Source of the DNA: Halodesulfurarchaeum sp.
GTDB lineage: Archaea > Halobacteriota > Halobacteria > Halobacteriales > Halobacteriaceae
Reading direction: 5' to 3'
Length of the DNA: 64,000 nucleotides
Assembly (NCBI GenBank): GCA_034520565.1
Contig: JAXHNL010000002.1
Location: forward strand, 32,001-96,000
The notes beneath the pieces are model-generated. The model did not search any database, was not told the origin of the DNA, and was given only the letters and a program-made list of their open reading frames with translations. A program made the translations under genes and the position numbers. Numbering within the stretch: position 1 is the first letter of the stretch; each line of letters opens with the position of its first letter. Shown piece after piece: positions 53,371 through 63,863 of this stretch.

Positions 53371-53586
53371 GCGCAATCGAACGCGGACTAATGGCGAACA
53401 GGCGGGGCTGGTCGCCCGAAACGGCGTCCCGCGCTCCCGCGAAACCGTTCCGGGCCGGGGGTCAGGACATGGCCCGAACTGGCCCGGTTTCTGGTGATAA
53501 AGGTTGGGCCGCTCCCCCAGACAGGAGGTCGACTTACCGAGCGGGGCATCCGTCGGGTCAGCGCAGCCGCTCGACGGCGAAAACGT

Positions 53587-53927
53587 GGGTTGCGGGTCGT
53601 AAGCCCCCTTCTGTTTCGACCCGACATTCGGCTGAGCGTTCGCGCCATGAGCCGGACTACCTTGTGCGCGCGAACTTGCACCGGCGAGGGATGGCCGTTC
53701 CATCGATGCTCCGCCGTCGACCCTCGGTGGGTTAACTCGCCGCCGCTTTCCGGGGAAACCCGTGCTCGCGGCGGCTTCGCGCACCTCATCGGTCGGGCGA
53801 AGCCGTGTCGTTGCTGTTCCAGGGCCCGACGGTCTCCCGTCCCGGGCGTGTGCCCGATCGCCTGTCCGGCGGTGGGGGGACTTTCCTCATGTCCACGCGG
53901 GACACGGGAGTCGGGCGTCCGCTACCC
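53587..53927 (-). ncRNA. rnpB: Archaeal RNase P RNA
   Basis: Minus strand has GAGGAAAGTCCCCCCACCG near the 5' end and AACAGAAGGGGGCTTAC near the 3' end; P1 GGGTAGCGG/CCGCAACCC. Ends approximate. Confidence 0.93.
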
Positions 53928-54076
53928 GGCGGATTTTCGACGTGGAGCCTCCTAAGCCGTTCGGTGGGCGGGGTTCGAAAACGGTTTTGGTTGTATTGGA
54001 GGGCCCAAACGGGATTTTGTTACCTCCAACGGTTTCTGAAAACGTATAAATAAACCACAAAGCGTTACATTACCCG

Positions 54077-55063
54077 ATGAGTGTGGATCGTCGCCCCAAC
54101 GGTCGCGATCCAGTCGCCGGCCCCGCCAACCCGGACCGAAATTGGGAGCAGGGACTGTCCAGACGCGCGTTTCTGGCCGCGACCGGAGCTGGCACCGTCG
54201 GCGCGATCGCTGGCTGTCTCGGCGGGCAAACGGACGTCTCGGTCCTCTCAGCCGGGAGTCTCGCGACGCTCTTCGAGTCCACGGTCGGCCCGGCCTTCGA
54301 GGCCGATCGGGAGTACGGCTACCGCGGGGAGTTCACCGGGTCGAACGCAGTCATGCGAATGGTCCTTGATGACCAGAAGCGACCCGACGTGATCGTCAGC
54401 GCGGACGCCTCGTTGCTCCGCACGCGACTCCCGGACTCGATCGCCCCGTGGGATGTCGTCTTCGCCTCGAATGCCCTCGTGATCGCCTACGGACCGGAAA
54501 CGGCCGTCGGCAATCGCCTCGAGGCCGGGGACCCATGGTACGAGGTGCTCCGCTCGGCAGACGCCGAAATCGCCATGTCGGATCCGGATCTCGATCCGCT
54601 GGGCTACCGGGCCGTGCAGCTGTTCGAACTCGCAGCGGACTACTACGACGAACCGGGGCTCGAGGACGACCTCGCCGGGAACCTGGTCGTGGACCCGAAC
54701 GAACCACACCTGCTGGCCGGTATCGAGTCGAAAAACCGGGCCGCCGCGATCGTGTACAGGAACATGGCCGTCGATCACGACCTGCCCTTTGTCGAACTCC
54801 CGGACGAACTCGATTTCTCGAACCCCGCGTACGCGGATCGGTACGCCGAGGCGACCTACACCACCGAGGACGGGACCACCGTCGAGGGGACCCCGGTGCT
54901 GTACAATCTGACGGTTCCGGAAACCGCCCAGCATCCGGCGGCCGGGCGAGCGTTCGTGTCCTACCTGCTGGGAAATCCGAACCTGCTGACGGAAAACGGA
55001 CTCGTCGTGACCGAGCGCTTCCCGGCTCCCAACGGCCCGGTGCCCGCGGAGGTGCTCCCATGA
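54077..55063 (+). CDS. wtpA: Tungstate/molybdate ABC substrate-binding lipoprotein
   Basis: SRRAFL, IAGC, SAGSL, PDVIVSAD, SDPDLDPLGYR, LPDELDFS, YNLTVP. Confidence 0.85.
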   Translation: MSVDRRPNGRDPVAGPANPDRNWEQGLSRRAFLAATGAGTVGAIAGCLGGQTDVSVLSAGSLATLFESTVGPAFEADREYGYRGEFTGSNAVMRMVLDDQKRPDVIVSADASLLRTRLPDSIAPWDVVFASNALVIAYGPETAVGNRLEAGDPWYEVLRSADAEIAMSDPDLDPLGYRAVQLFELAADYYDEPGLEDDLAGNLVVDPNEPHLLAGIESKNRAAAIVYRNMAVDHDLPFVELPDELDFSNPAYADRYAEATYTTEDGTTVEGTPVLYNLTVPETAQHPAAGRAFVSYLLGNPNLLTENGLVVTERFPAPNGPVPAEVLP

Positions 55064-55896
55064 GCTACGCCGAATCGGTCAGGCGGATCTCCCGGGGCGA
55101 GTACGGCTTCGGCGGGCGAATGCTCCACGAAAACGGCGTCTTCGCGCTCCTCGGGGCGGTGCTTTTCGTCTACCTCCTCTACCCCTTCGTCTCGTTTTTT
55201 ACCTGGGGAGAGGGGCTGACACTCGGTGCCTTCTTCGAGCCGGGCGTCCTCGCGGCCGTCAAGTACTCGCTGCTCTCCGCACCGGTTTCCACGGCCATCG
55301 CGACGGTTTTCGGTGTTCCACTGGCCTACGTGTTGGCCCGGGCGAGTTTCCCGGGCAAGGTGATCGTCGACGCGCTGGTCGTCCTCCCGCTGGTCATGCC
55401 CCCGGTGGTGGGCGGCGTCATGCTGCTCACCGGATTCGGCCAGTTCACGCCACTGGGCGCGGCCGCGGCGTCGATCGGGCTTCCGCTCACGGATAGCTAC
55501 CTCGGCATCGTGCTGGCTCAGACCTTTGTCGCCTCGCCCTTCGTCGTGATCACCGCGCGGTCGGGATTCGCCGCCGTCGACCGGGAGATCGAACAGGCGG
55601 CCAGGAGTTTGGGGAAGGGCCCACTCGAAACCTTCCGGCTCGTCTCCCTGCCGCTTGCCAGGGGCAGCATTCTCGCCGGCGTCGTCCTGACCTTCGCCCG
55701 AGCGATGGGCGAGTTCGGCGCCACGATGATGACTGCCTATCACCCGACGACGATGCCCACCCAAATCTGGGTCACCTTCATTTCGGACGGTATCGCCGCG
55801 ACGGGCCCCCTCGTAATCGTGTTGCTGACGTTGGGCTTCCTCGTCGTGCTCGCTCTCCAGCTCGCCGGCAACCGCCTCTCCTTTGGTTCGCGATGA
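55060..55896 (+). CDS. wtpB: Tungstate/molybdate ABC permease
   Basis: PLAYVLAR, LPLVMPPVVGG, EQAARSLG, FARAMGEFGAT. Confidence 0.85.
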   Translation: MSYAESVRRISRGEYGFGGRMLHENGVFALLGAVLFVYLLYPFVSFFTWGEGLTLGAFFEPGVLAAVKYSLLSAPVSTAIATVFGVPLAYVLARASFPGKVIVDALVVLPLVMPPVVGGVMLLTGFGQFTPLGAAAASIGLPLTDSYLGIVLAQTFVASPFVVITARSGFAAVDREIEQAARSLGKGPLETFRLVSLPLARGSILAGVVLTFARAMGEFGATMMTAYHPTTMPTQIWVTFISDGIAATGPLVIVLLTLGFLVVLALQLAGNRLSFGSR

Positions 55897-56933
55897 CTCT
55901 CGAACTCGATCGACTCGAACGAACGTACGGGGACTTCACGCTTGGCCCCCTTTCCCTCACCGTCGAGCCGGGGGTCACGGCGGTGCTCGGCCCATCGGGG
56001 AGCGGCAAGTCGACGCTGCTCTCGCTCGTGGCGGGGTTCGAGTCCCCCGATTCCGGACGGGTGTTCGTGGACGGGCGCCGGATCGACACCCGACCGCCGG
56101 AAGAGCGCTCGGTGGGGATGGTGTTCCAGAACTACGCGCTTTTCCCCCACCTCTCGGTCCGGGAGAACCTCGCGTTCGGAGCGAGCGAGGACGGGTCCAT
56201 CGAGTCGACGGCCGAACTCCTAGAGATCGATCACCTCCTCGACCGCGACCCCGGGACCCTCTCGGGCGGGGAGGCCCAACGGGTGGGCCTGGCCCGTGCG
56301 CTGGTCTCCGAGCCGTCTGTGCTCCTTCTCGACGAACCGCTTTCGAGCCTCGACGCCCCGATCCGGCGGCGACTCCGGCTCGAACTGCGGGACGTGCTCT
56401 CGGACCTCGAGATCCCGGTGGTCTACGTGACACACGATCAGGCCGAGGCCGCGATCGTGGGGGACCGGTTGGCACTCCTCAAAGACGGCGATCTCGTTCG
56501 CGAGGGGGCGACCGAGGCGGTCTTCGAGCGTCCCGAACACGCCTTCGTCGCCGAGTTTCTCGGCATGGAGAACTGCTATCCAGCGACGGTCGTCGAAACG
56601 AACGGTAACGGGACCGTCCTCGAACTGGGCGACACGACACTTCGGGCTGCAGGGGAGCCGCCGTCTCCACCCATAACCGTGGCGATCCACCCGGAAGCCA
56701 TCGATCTCGAACCGGCGGGCAGTGACCCCGGGGAGGACCAGAACGCGATCCCCTGCTCGGTCTCCAGGATCCGGACCCGGCAGACCGGGGCGACCGTCGT
56801 GCTCGAAGGGCAGGGGTTCGGTCGGCTCACCGCGTCGGTCGGCAAAGGAGTCGCCGCGGGTTTCGAGGTCGGGGACGCGGTGCAGGCCTCGGTTGCCCCG
56901 GCTGACGTGCACCTCACTCGCCGGGATCGCTGA
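55893..56933 (+). CDS. wtpC: Tungstate/molybdate ABC ATPase with TOBE domain
   Basis: GPSGSGKST, FQNYALFPH, LSGGE, LLLDEP, YVTHD. Confidence 0.85.
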   Translation: MTLELDRLERTYGDFTLGPLSLTVEPGVTAVLGPSGSGKSTLLSLVAGFESPDSGRVFVDGRRIDTRPPEERSVGMVFQNYALFPHLSVRENLAFGASEDGSIESTAELLEIDHLLDRDPGTLSGGEAQRVGLARALVSEPSVLLLDEPLSSLDAPIRRRLRLELRDVLSDLEIPVVYVTHDQAEAAIVGDRLALLKDGDLVREGATEAVFERPEHAFVAEFLGMENCYPATVVETNGNGTVLELGDTTLRAAGEPPSPPITVAIHPEAIDLEPAGSDPGEDQNAIPCSVSRIRTRQTGATVVLEGQGFGRLTASVGKGVAAGFEVGDAVQASVAPADVHLTRRDR

Positions 56934-58074
56934 ACGGAGTCACGCGCTCGCTGTCGCGCTCGGCACGATCGATGGCCGCGTCGAGATCGAATTCCCTGAC
57001 AACCACCCCGTCCTCGATGACGGGTTTCAAAAGCGCCGTCCCCCCGGAGGGGCCTACCCGGTCGACGAGTGTCACGTGGTGTCCACCGTCCGGGGTACGG
57101 TAAACCTGTTTTTTCCCCGAGAGTTTCCCGCGCTTTGCCGCCGGTTCGCCTTCGACCTCGACGATGTCGAGGGCGAAGTCCACGGGATCGGCGTTGCTCA
57201 CGTACCCACCGACCCCGAATCCGTCGACGTGTTCGCGGAGTTTTCGGAGGTCCGCCGGCCCCAGGCCGCCGCTCACGAAGATGTCGACGTGATCGTGGCC
57301 ACGGGCTTGAAGTTCCCAGCGGGTCTCGCGAACGATCCGTTCGAAGTCCCCCCGCCGGGAGGCGGTGGTGTCCAGTCGGACGCTGTCGAGATCGTCCCCG
57401 AGCGTTTCGACGGCCCGAAGAACCTCGTCCACCTCGTCGGAGTAGGTGTCACAGAGTGCAACCCGCGGGGCGTCCTTCGGCACGGCCTCGTCGTAGGCCC
57501 GCCAGGCAGCCTCCTGATTACCCCGACCGAAGCAGATCAACAGTGCGTGGGGCATCGTTCCGGCGGCCTCCCGGCCCATGAGTTCGCCGGCAGCGACGTG
57601 CGAGAAGCCGTCCATGCCACCGACGAGTGCCGAACGCTCGACCACGCCGGCGATCGAGGGGTGGACGTGGCGCGCACCGAAACTCAGCACCTGAGTGTCG
57701 CCCGCGGCCTCGGCGACTTCCAACGCCTTCGTGGCGATTCCACTCGCGTGAGAGAGAAAACCCAGCAGTGAGGTCTCGAAACGGGCGAAATCGAGGTAGT
57801 TCCCCTCGATCCGCATGACCGGCCCGCCGTCGAACAGGGTCCCCTCCGGGAGCGCCCAGACGTCTACCGGGTGGTCTTCGAGGAGCGCCACGGCGTCTTT
57901 GACCCCGGCAAGGAGCTCGAACTCGCCGTCGGGGAACTGATCGGCGGTTACCTCGGCGACGACCTGAGGGTTCCGACCGGCAGCCTCGAGGGTCTCGACG
58001 GTCCGGTCGAAGTAGGCGTCGGTGGCGTCGCCGGAGGCGATCTTCGCCGGCGAAATAATGTCGAAGTCGGTCAT
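56914..58074 (-). CDS. pncB: Nicotinate phosphoribosyltransferase
   Basis: ATDAYF, SFGARHVHP, GTMPHAL, VRLDT, VSGG, KRGKLSG. Confidence 0.92.
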   Translation of the reverse strand: MTDFDIISPAKIASGDATDAYFDRTVETLEAAGRNPQVVAEVTADQFPDGEFELLAGVKDAVALLEDHPVDVWALPEGTLFDGGPVMRIEGNYLDFARFETSLLGFLSHASGIATKALEVAEAAGDTQVLSFGARHVHPSIAGVVERSALVGGMDGFSHVAAGELMGREAAGTMPHALLICFGRGNQEAAWRAYDEAVPKDAPRVALCDTYSDEVDEVLRAVETLGDDLDSVRLDTTASRRGDFERIVRETRWELQARGHDHVDIFVSGGLGPADLRKLREHVDGFGVGGYVSNADPVDFALDIVEVEGEPAAKRGKLSGKKQVYRTPDGGHHVTLVDRVGPSGGTALLKPVIEDGVVVREFDLDAAIDRAERDSERVTPFSDPGE

Positions 58075-58177
58075 CCGAGACGCCTCCAGAGGGTGTGCAT
58101 AGTGGCCCTACCACGGCCCGGGCGAAAAACCCTGCTCTCCCGGGCGGCATCACCGGACCGGTCCCAAATGGGCCACG

Positions 58178-58597
58178 TTACCGGACGATCATGACTGGCA
58201 CGGGTGAGCGGCGAAAGACGCGTTCGGCGACGTTTCCCGTCAGGAGCCGGTCGGCGAGACTCCCTCCGTGAGCACCGAGAACCACCACGTCGTAGTCCTC
58301 GGCCCGGTTCACGATCGCCCGGGAGGGATGGCCGACTTCGATCACCGTCCCGATGTCGGTATCGTACTCGGCCGCGATCTCGGCCGCCCGATCGGTCACC
58401 GGTTTGGCGATCTCCCTGGCTTTCGTCTCGATGTCATCGGCCAGCGCGAGTTCGGTGGCCTGGCCCATCATCGGCGAGGGTTCCCCCACGACGTGCAGGA
58501 CCGTCACCTCGGCCTCAGGGTAGGACTCGAGGGCGTACCGGAGTGCCTGTTCGGCCATCTCCGAATCGTCCATCGGCACGAGCGCGCGATCGATCAT
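58178..58597 (-). CDS. Universal stress protein
   Basis: LVPMDDS, GHPSRAIV, VVLGAHG, GNVAERVFRRSPVPV. Confidence 0.9.
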   Translation of the reverse strand: MIDRALVPMDDSEMAEQALRYALESYPEAEVTVLHVVGEPSPMMGQATELALADDIETKAREIAKPVTDRAAEIAAEYDTDIGTVIEVGHPSRAIVNRAEDYDVVVLGAHGGSLADRLLTGNVAERVFRRSPVPVMIVR

Positions 58598-58655
58598 AGC
58601 TGTTGCTACGGGCGGCACGGAAATAAACCAGGTGGCTGCTCTGGAAACCGACTCG

Positions 58656-60188
58656 CTAGCTGGATTTTCCGGCCCCCGCCCGAACGGCGTCCAACTCGCT
58701 CACGGTCGGCGCGTTGACGATCGTGACCGTCGTTCCCTGGCGCCGGATCGAGAAGCCGTCCTCGAAGGGACCTTCGAAGATGCGGTAGACCGATTCGCTC
58801 CCCTCGACGGCCGTCCCGCCGTGGTGGCGGAGCAGTTCGAGGTAGGCCTCCCGGAACTCGCGAGCGTCGGCGTCAGTGGCCCATTCGATCTTCCAGACGT
58901 AGCCTGTCTCGTCCGTACTCGGGGAGTCCTCGCGGACGTAGGGGAGCAGTTTGTCGCCCTTCCACCCGGTCGTCGTCGGGTGGGCGTAGTTGTACGCGTC
59001 GAATTCGTTCTCGGTCTGGAAGAAGTGCCGGTAGGGGATGACGACGTCCGTCGCCGTTCCAGTTTCGGCGGTGCGGGCATAACTCGGGTACCAGAGCATC
59101 GCGTACAGGCCCGCTTCGCCAAATGCCGCGTGGTCGATGTTCCCCTCGCCCTGGTCGGGCACCCACCACGCAGCAGTCGAGCGATCCTCGATCGTCACCG
59201 TCAGCGGCGAGTCGAGCAGGTATTTCTCCGTGTGGATGGTCTGCGTGCTGCTCTCCGGGGGGTTCTCGTAAACGGCGTTCACGCCCGCCCAGCCGGACTC
59301 CTCGCGGATGCCGGCGACGAAGGGCGGGCCGTCGCTATATGGCTGGTAGCGGAGGGCGAACAAGCCGATATGCCGGTCGCCGCCGCTCCCGCCACCTCCG
59401 CCGGTACGCTCGGGCATCACGAGATCCGCCGCATATCGCTGTTCGTAGAGATAATCGACGTAGTTCCCGTCGCCCTCGATGATACCGAGGGCGGCGTTGC
59501 GGGCCTCCTCGGTGTCATAGTGCCACTCCGAAACCGCGAAGTGCTCCTCCTGGACGGCGTGGAAGAGCTCCTGAGCCAGCGTGACTTCGTTCATCTGCAG
59601 CGGCGGCCCGCTGTCCGAGACGATCGTAATGCTGTGCGAGCTCGGGGCGTAGTACCCCATCACGCCCGTCGCCCGGTTCTCCTCCTGCTGCCCGATGGCG
59701 CTTTCCCCCTCCCCGATGAAGAAGAGGGCCTCGAATTTCACGTCCTGGTGGAGCGTCTGGTTGTCTGATGGGTCACTCCCACCGGTGGTCTGGTTACGCC
59801 ACTCGGTCCGGTCGATGATCCGAACCTCGACTGAGTCCTCGAATTCGAGTTTCCGGATCGCCTCGACCCGGGCCTGGCCCCTCGCGACGACCGCCTCGAG
59901 TTCCGAGCGGTTGAGCCCGTCACTCGGGTCCACCGCCAGCGTTTCGTTGTGCCAGTAGCCGGCTTCCCACCCGAGCCGGTCGGTCGTCGGTTCCGGCGGG
60001 GGGTCGTCGGTTGGCGTGGGATCGAAGGCGGGCGTCCCATCGGGCGTTGTAGACGTTCCCGTCCCAGGCGGCGGGGACGTCGTCTCGGGTGCCACCGGTG
60101 ATGCCGGTTCCGCCGGAGCGGGGGCGGAAACACACCCCGCTCCGACGAGAAGCAGGGCGACGGCGAAGACGGCGAGCGCCCGACGCAT
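58656..60188 (-). CDS. Hvo_1808-family surface lipoprotein
   Basis: Lipobox GAGC, Pro/Thr linker, DRLGWEAGYW, ARVEAIRKLEF, IEGDGNY, PYSDGP, PPESSTQTIH. Confidence 0.82.
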   Translation of the reverse strand: MRRALAVFAVALLLVGAGCVSAPAPAEPASPVAPETTSPPPGTGTSTTPDGTPAFDPTPTDDPPPEPTTDRLGWEAGYWHNETLAVDPSDGLNRSELEAVVARGQARVEAIRKLEFEDSVEVRIIDRTEWRNQTTGGSDPSDNQTLHQDVKFEALFFIGEGESAIGQQEENRATGVMGYYAPSSHSITIVSDSGPPLQMNEVTLAQELFHAVQEEHFAVSEWHYDTEEARNAALGIIEGDGNYVDYLYEQRYAADLVMPERTGGGGGSGGDRHIGLFALRYQPYSDGPPFVAGIREESGWAGVNAVYENPPESSTQTIHTEKYLLDSPLTVTIEDRSTAAWWVPDQGEGNIDHAAFGEAGLYAMLWYPSYARTAETGTATDVVIPYRHFFQTENEFDAYNYAHPTTTGWKGDKLLPYVREDSPSTDETGYVWKIEWATDADAREFREAYLELLRHHGGTAVEGSESVYRIFEGPFEDGFSIRRQGTTVTIVNAPTVSELDAVRAGAGKSS

Positions 60189-60288
60189 GTCTCCCGATGG
60201 GCGTGGCGGCCTAAAAATCCTGCCGCCCGGGGCAACCAGCGCGCGGATCGGACCAACGGTTTTGCCGCTCCCACGCGTACAGACGGCC

Positions 60289-60861
60289 ATGCAGTTCGAT
60301 CCTGCCGCGACGGCCATCGTGGTCGTGGACATGCAAAACGACTTCTGTCACCCGGATGGGGCCCTCTACGCCGAAGCGAGTGAGGCGGTTATCGAGCCGA
60401 TCGCCCAGCTGGTCTCGCGGAGCCGCGAGGCCGGTGCCCAGGTCGTCTTCACCCGGGACGTTCACCCACCTGACCAGTTCGAAGACGCCCACTACACCGA
60501 CGAGTTCGAGCGCTGGGGCGAACACGTCCTCGAAGGTTCGTGGGGCGCCGAGATCGTCGCGGATCTTTCGGTCGAGGAAGACGACCACGTCGTCGAGAAG
60601 CACACCTACGACGCCTTCTACGGGACCGATTTCGAGACCTTCCTCGAGAAAAACGGGATCGAGGACCTGCTCTTCGTCGGCACTCTCGCGAACGTCTGCG
60701 TGCTTCATACCGCAGGCAGCGCCGCGCTACGGGACTACAAGCCCGTCCTCGTGTCCGACGCCGTGGGCTACGTCGACCCCGATCATCGGGACTACGCACT
60801 CGAACACGCCGAGTGGGTGTTCGGGGAAACGGTCACCCGCGAAGCGATCGAGTTCCAGTGA
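60289..60861 (+). CDS. Cysteine hydrolase (nicotinamidase/isochorismatase family)
   Basis: VVDMQNDF, RDVH, WGEH, EKHTYDAF, GTLANVCVLHT; close to pncB. Confidence 0.88.
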   Translation: MQFDPAATAIVVVDMQNDFCHPDGALYAEASEAVIEPIAQLVSRSREAGAQVVFTRDVHPPDQFEDAHYTDEFERWGEHVLEGSWGAEIVADLSVEEDDHVVEKHTYDAFYGTDFETFLEKNGIEDLLFVGTLANVCVLHTAGSAALRDYKPVLVSDAVGYVDPDHRDYALEHAEWVFGETVTREAIEFQ

Positions 60862-60867
60862 TCCCGC

Positions 60868-61689
60868 TCAGCCGAGTTCGACAGTCACGGACTCGTCGAC
60901 GGAGAAGTCGACGTCAGGACAGATGAGTTTCGCACTCGTGTCCTCCCGGCCGAGAATGAACGACAGTCCAGTGATCGCCTCGCCGTTCGCCCGGACGGTC
61001 ACGTCCGCCCACTCGACGGTCCCGGAGCCGGTGGCGATTTCGGTCCCGAGGAGAACAGTCGGTCCGCCACCAGCGTCGCCGCCCATCGAGTGCAAGCCTC
61101 CGGTCTCGTAGTGGGGAATCCCGCCGTCGAGGACCATTCGACCCGAATCGTCGGCGATGCCGACAAACCGCTCGCCCGGTGCGGGGTGCGTGGGGGAATC
61201 GAGGATCGCGTACGTGTCGCCGACCGCTCGAACCCTGCCGGTCCCGTCCCAAGCGACGCCGCCGATCGGCACGTCGAGCCCGACCGGTAGCGAGCCGCTC
61301 GCCCGGATCGGGTCCGTGCCGTACTCCCGGAACCCGAGGTGGACGTGATTGTCCACCCACGGGGCGAAGTATCCCGAACGGACGAGCGTGCCGAGGGTCT
61401 CCCCCAGTTCCACCGTCTCACCGGCCTCGAGGACCGGGTCGACGTGGAGGATTCGGGCGAGTTCGCTGCCCGTGTCGACGACGATCAGGTGATCGTGCTC
61501 CGCGGCATAGATCCGGCTCGGCGCGTTCGTGGTCCGGGTCTCCACGACCCTCCCGGCGACCGGGCTCGGGGCCCGTTCGGTGCCGGGGTAGAGGTCGATG
61601 GCCCGACCGTCCCGATGGGCCCGATAGGGCGAGTTGTAGCGGGCCACCCGCGGAAACGGGTCCAGAGCAGCAGATCCCAGCGAAACCAT
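60868..61689 (-). CDS. Conserved haloarchaeal protein, peptidase M23-like fold
   Basis: YNSPYRAH...AIDLYP, SPVAG, ILHV, NHVHLGFR. Confidence 0.65.
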   Translation of the reverse strand: MVSLGSAALDPFPRVARYNSPYRAHRDGRAIDLYPGTERAPSPVAGRVVETRTTNAPSRIYAAEHDHLIVVDTGSELARILHVDPVLEAGETVELGETLGTLVRSGYFAPWVDNHVHLGFREYGTDPIRASGSLPVGLDVPIGGVAWDGTGRVRAVGDTYAILDSPTHPAPGERFVGIADDSGRMVLDGGIPHYETGGLHSMGGDAGGGPTVLLGTEIATGSGTVEWADVTVRANGEAITGLSFILGREDTSAKLICPDVDFSVDESVTVELG

Positions 61690-61815
61690 GTGCTGGCTTG
61701 GTGTCGTGAGGGATTCATCCCTTCGATCCCGGTCGCCCGACACGGGTACCGACGACCGGTTCGCCAGTCAGTCCACTCCCGGCACCTTTAGGCCCGTCCC
61801 CGGGGAAAGTGGGCC

Positions 61816-63096
61816 ATGCGCGTCATTCGGAACGCGACCCTCCCCGACGGCCGCGAGCGGGACGTCGCGATCGACGACGGGACCATCGCGGCGGTCGGCG
61901 CGGAACTGGCCGGCGAGACGCTTGCCGACGCGAGCGGCAAGTGGCTCTTCCCGGGCATGATCGACGTCCACGTTCACTTCCGGCAGCCGGGGTTCCCCGA
62001 AAAAGAGACCTGGACGACCGGGAGTCGGGCCGCGGCGGCCGGCGGCGTGACGACCGTCGTCGACCAGCCGAACACCGATCCTCCGACCGTCGACGGCGCG
62101 AGTTTCGACCGGAAAGCCGAGTTCGCCGCGGATTCGCTCGTCGACTGGGGGCTCAACGGTGGGGTTACCCCGGACTGGCAGCCCACGGAACTGTTCGACC
62201 GCCCGCTTTTCGCCCTGGGTGAGGTCTTTCTCGCGGACTCGACTGGCGACATGGGAATCGAGGGGTCGCTCTTCAAGACGGCCCTCGAACGGGCGACCGA
62301 CGCGGGCGTCGTGACGACGGTCCACGCCGAGAACGCCGGTTACTTCGACGAAGGCGTGACCGGCCGGGAGGATCCGGCCGCCTGGAGCGATTTTCGGCCA
62401 CCGCAAGCGGAGGTCGTCGCCATCGCGCAAGCCGTCGAGGCCGCGACCGAACGCGACGCCCAACTCCACGTCGCTCACGCGAGCACCCCCGAGGGGATCG
62501 ATCAGGCCGCTGCGGCGGGTGCCACCACCGAAGTCACCCCGCATCACCTCTTCCTCTCGACGGACGACTGCGAGGACCTGGGCACCTTCGGACGAATGAA
62601 CCCGCCGCTCCGGGACGAAACCCGGCGACTCGCGGTGTACGACCGCGTCGCCGACGGGACCGTCGACGTGATCGCGACCGATCACGCGCCCCATACCCGC
62701 GAGCAGAAGGACACTGACATCTGGTCGGCCCCGAGCGGCGTCCCGGGGGTCGAGACCGCCCTCCCCCTGCTGCTCGCCGAGGTAAAAGCGGGGCGACTCG
62801 AAGCCGAACGCGTGCGGGATCTCACGGCCCGCAATCCAGCACGGATATTCGGCCTCCCGAGAAAGGGGCGGATCGAGGCGGGAACGGACGCCGACCTCGT
62901 GCTGGTCGACCCGACAGCCGAGCGGGAGATCCGGGGCGGGGACCTCCACGGCAAGACCGACTGGACCCCCTTTGCGGGCATGACTGGCGTGTTTCCCGAG
63001 ATGACGATGGTCCGGGGGTCGATCGTCTGGGAGAGCGCAGATCCGACGGAGGCGGAGGGGTCATTCGGCGACCCAGTCGGTCAGAACGTCCGTTGA
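61816..63096 (+). CDS. pyrC: Dihydroorotase
   Basis: PGMIDVHVHFR, AAAGGVTT, VHAE, EVTPHHL, MNPPLR, ATDHAPH. Confidence 0.9.
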   Translation: MRVIRNATLPDGRERDVAIDDGTIAAVGAELAGETLADASGKWLFPGMIDVHVHFRQPGFPEKETWTTGSRAAAAGGVTTVVDQPNTDPPTVDGASFDRKAEFAADSLVDWGLNGGVTPDWQPTELFDRPLFALGEVFLADSTGDMGIEGSLFKTALERATDAGVVTTVHAENAGYFDEGVTGREDPAAWSDFRPPQAEVVAIAQAVEAATERDAQLHVAHASTPEGIDQAAAAGATTEVTPHHLFLSTDDCEDLGTFGRMNPPLRDETRRLAVYDRVADGTVDVIATDHAPHTREQKDTDIWSAPSGVPGVETALPLLLAEVKAGRLEAERVRDLTARNPARIFGLPRKGRIEAGTDADLVLVDPTAEREIRGGDLHGKTDWTPFAGMTGVFPEMTMVRGSIVWESADPTEAEGSFGDPVGQNVR

Positions 63097-63123
63097 ACCG
63101 CTGCCGATTGGTGGAACCGTGCC

Positions 63124-63759
63124 CTATTCCTCGCCGCCGAAGGTGTGCCCGCAATCCGGACAGGTCTGTTCGTCGCGTCTGAGATCCTCGCTCGCCTCCC
63201 GGACCTCCCGCATCACCGAGGAGATCCGTTCTTCGCCCTCGAGTTCCTCCTCGACGGCGAGGTCGACCCCCTCGACCTCGAGGAGGAACTTGGCGACCTC
63301 CGTCGCCTCGTACATCACTTCGTCGAGTTCGTCGGCGGTGAAAAAACCGCTCATCGCGCCGTAGAGAAAGGTCGCGCCGGCCATCCTGACCTTGTTCTCG
63401 AACGCCGAGCGGGCCTGATTGACCGCTTGCGGGGAATACGTGTCGGTCATGAAGGGGACCAGTTCCGGCAGGTTCTCGCCGATCTTGGTCATCTCGACCC
63501 CGGTCTCGGTTCGGAAATCGGCACACAGGCGGGCGATGGCCCATTCCCGGGCCGTGATGTACGTTCGATCGCGGAGGAACTCGTTGACCCGGTCGTAGGT
63601 CGCCCCGTCGACCTTCTTGAACCGCTCGTACTTCCGGACGTCCTCGGGAACCCGTTCGGTGATTTCGCGGGGCGAAACCGAGAGGAGGTCACGAACCGCT
63701 TCGGGGCCGGCGCTGACCCGGCGATCGGGTGGCTTCACGGCCGCCGGATCCCTGTCCAT
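63124..63759 (-). CDS. DUF5806 family protein
   Basis: YDRVNEFLRDRTYITAREWAIARLC...; C-terminal CPDCG. Start uncertain. Confidence 0.75.
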   Translation of the reverse strand: MDRDPAAVKPPDRRVSAGPEAVRDLLSVSPREITERVPEDVRKYERFKKVDGATYDRVNEFLRDRTYITAREWAIARLCADFRTETGVEMTKIGENLPELVPFMTDTYSPQAVNQARSAFENKVRMAGATFLYGAMSGFFTADELDEVMYEATEVAKFLLEVEGVDLAVEEELEGEERISSVMREVREASEDLRRDEQTCPDCGHTFGGEE

Positions 63760-63863
63760 ACCGCTTGTTTCAAGCGGGTCCGCAAAAGCGTGACGGGCTT
63801 TGCCCGGGTCCGGGTGGGTTCGAGAGCAGTAATCCTTTTGCGCGGGCCGAACGAGGGTGAGCC

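Noticed and set aside
53390-53930. Novel large ncRNA or Moco/tungsten riboswitch near wtpABC
   Set aside because: The main structured region is RNase P RNA on the minus strand; no riboswitch consensus recognised.
54041-54066. ModE-type box upstream of wtpA (AACGTATAAATAAACCACAAAGCGTT)
   Set aside because: Only the 4-bp ends are palindromic, spacing differs from the ModE consensus, and the core is explained by a TATA box.
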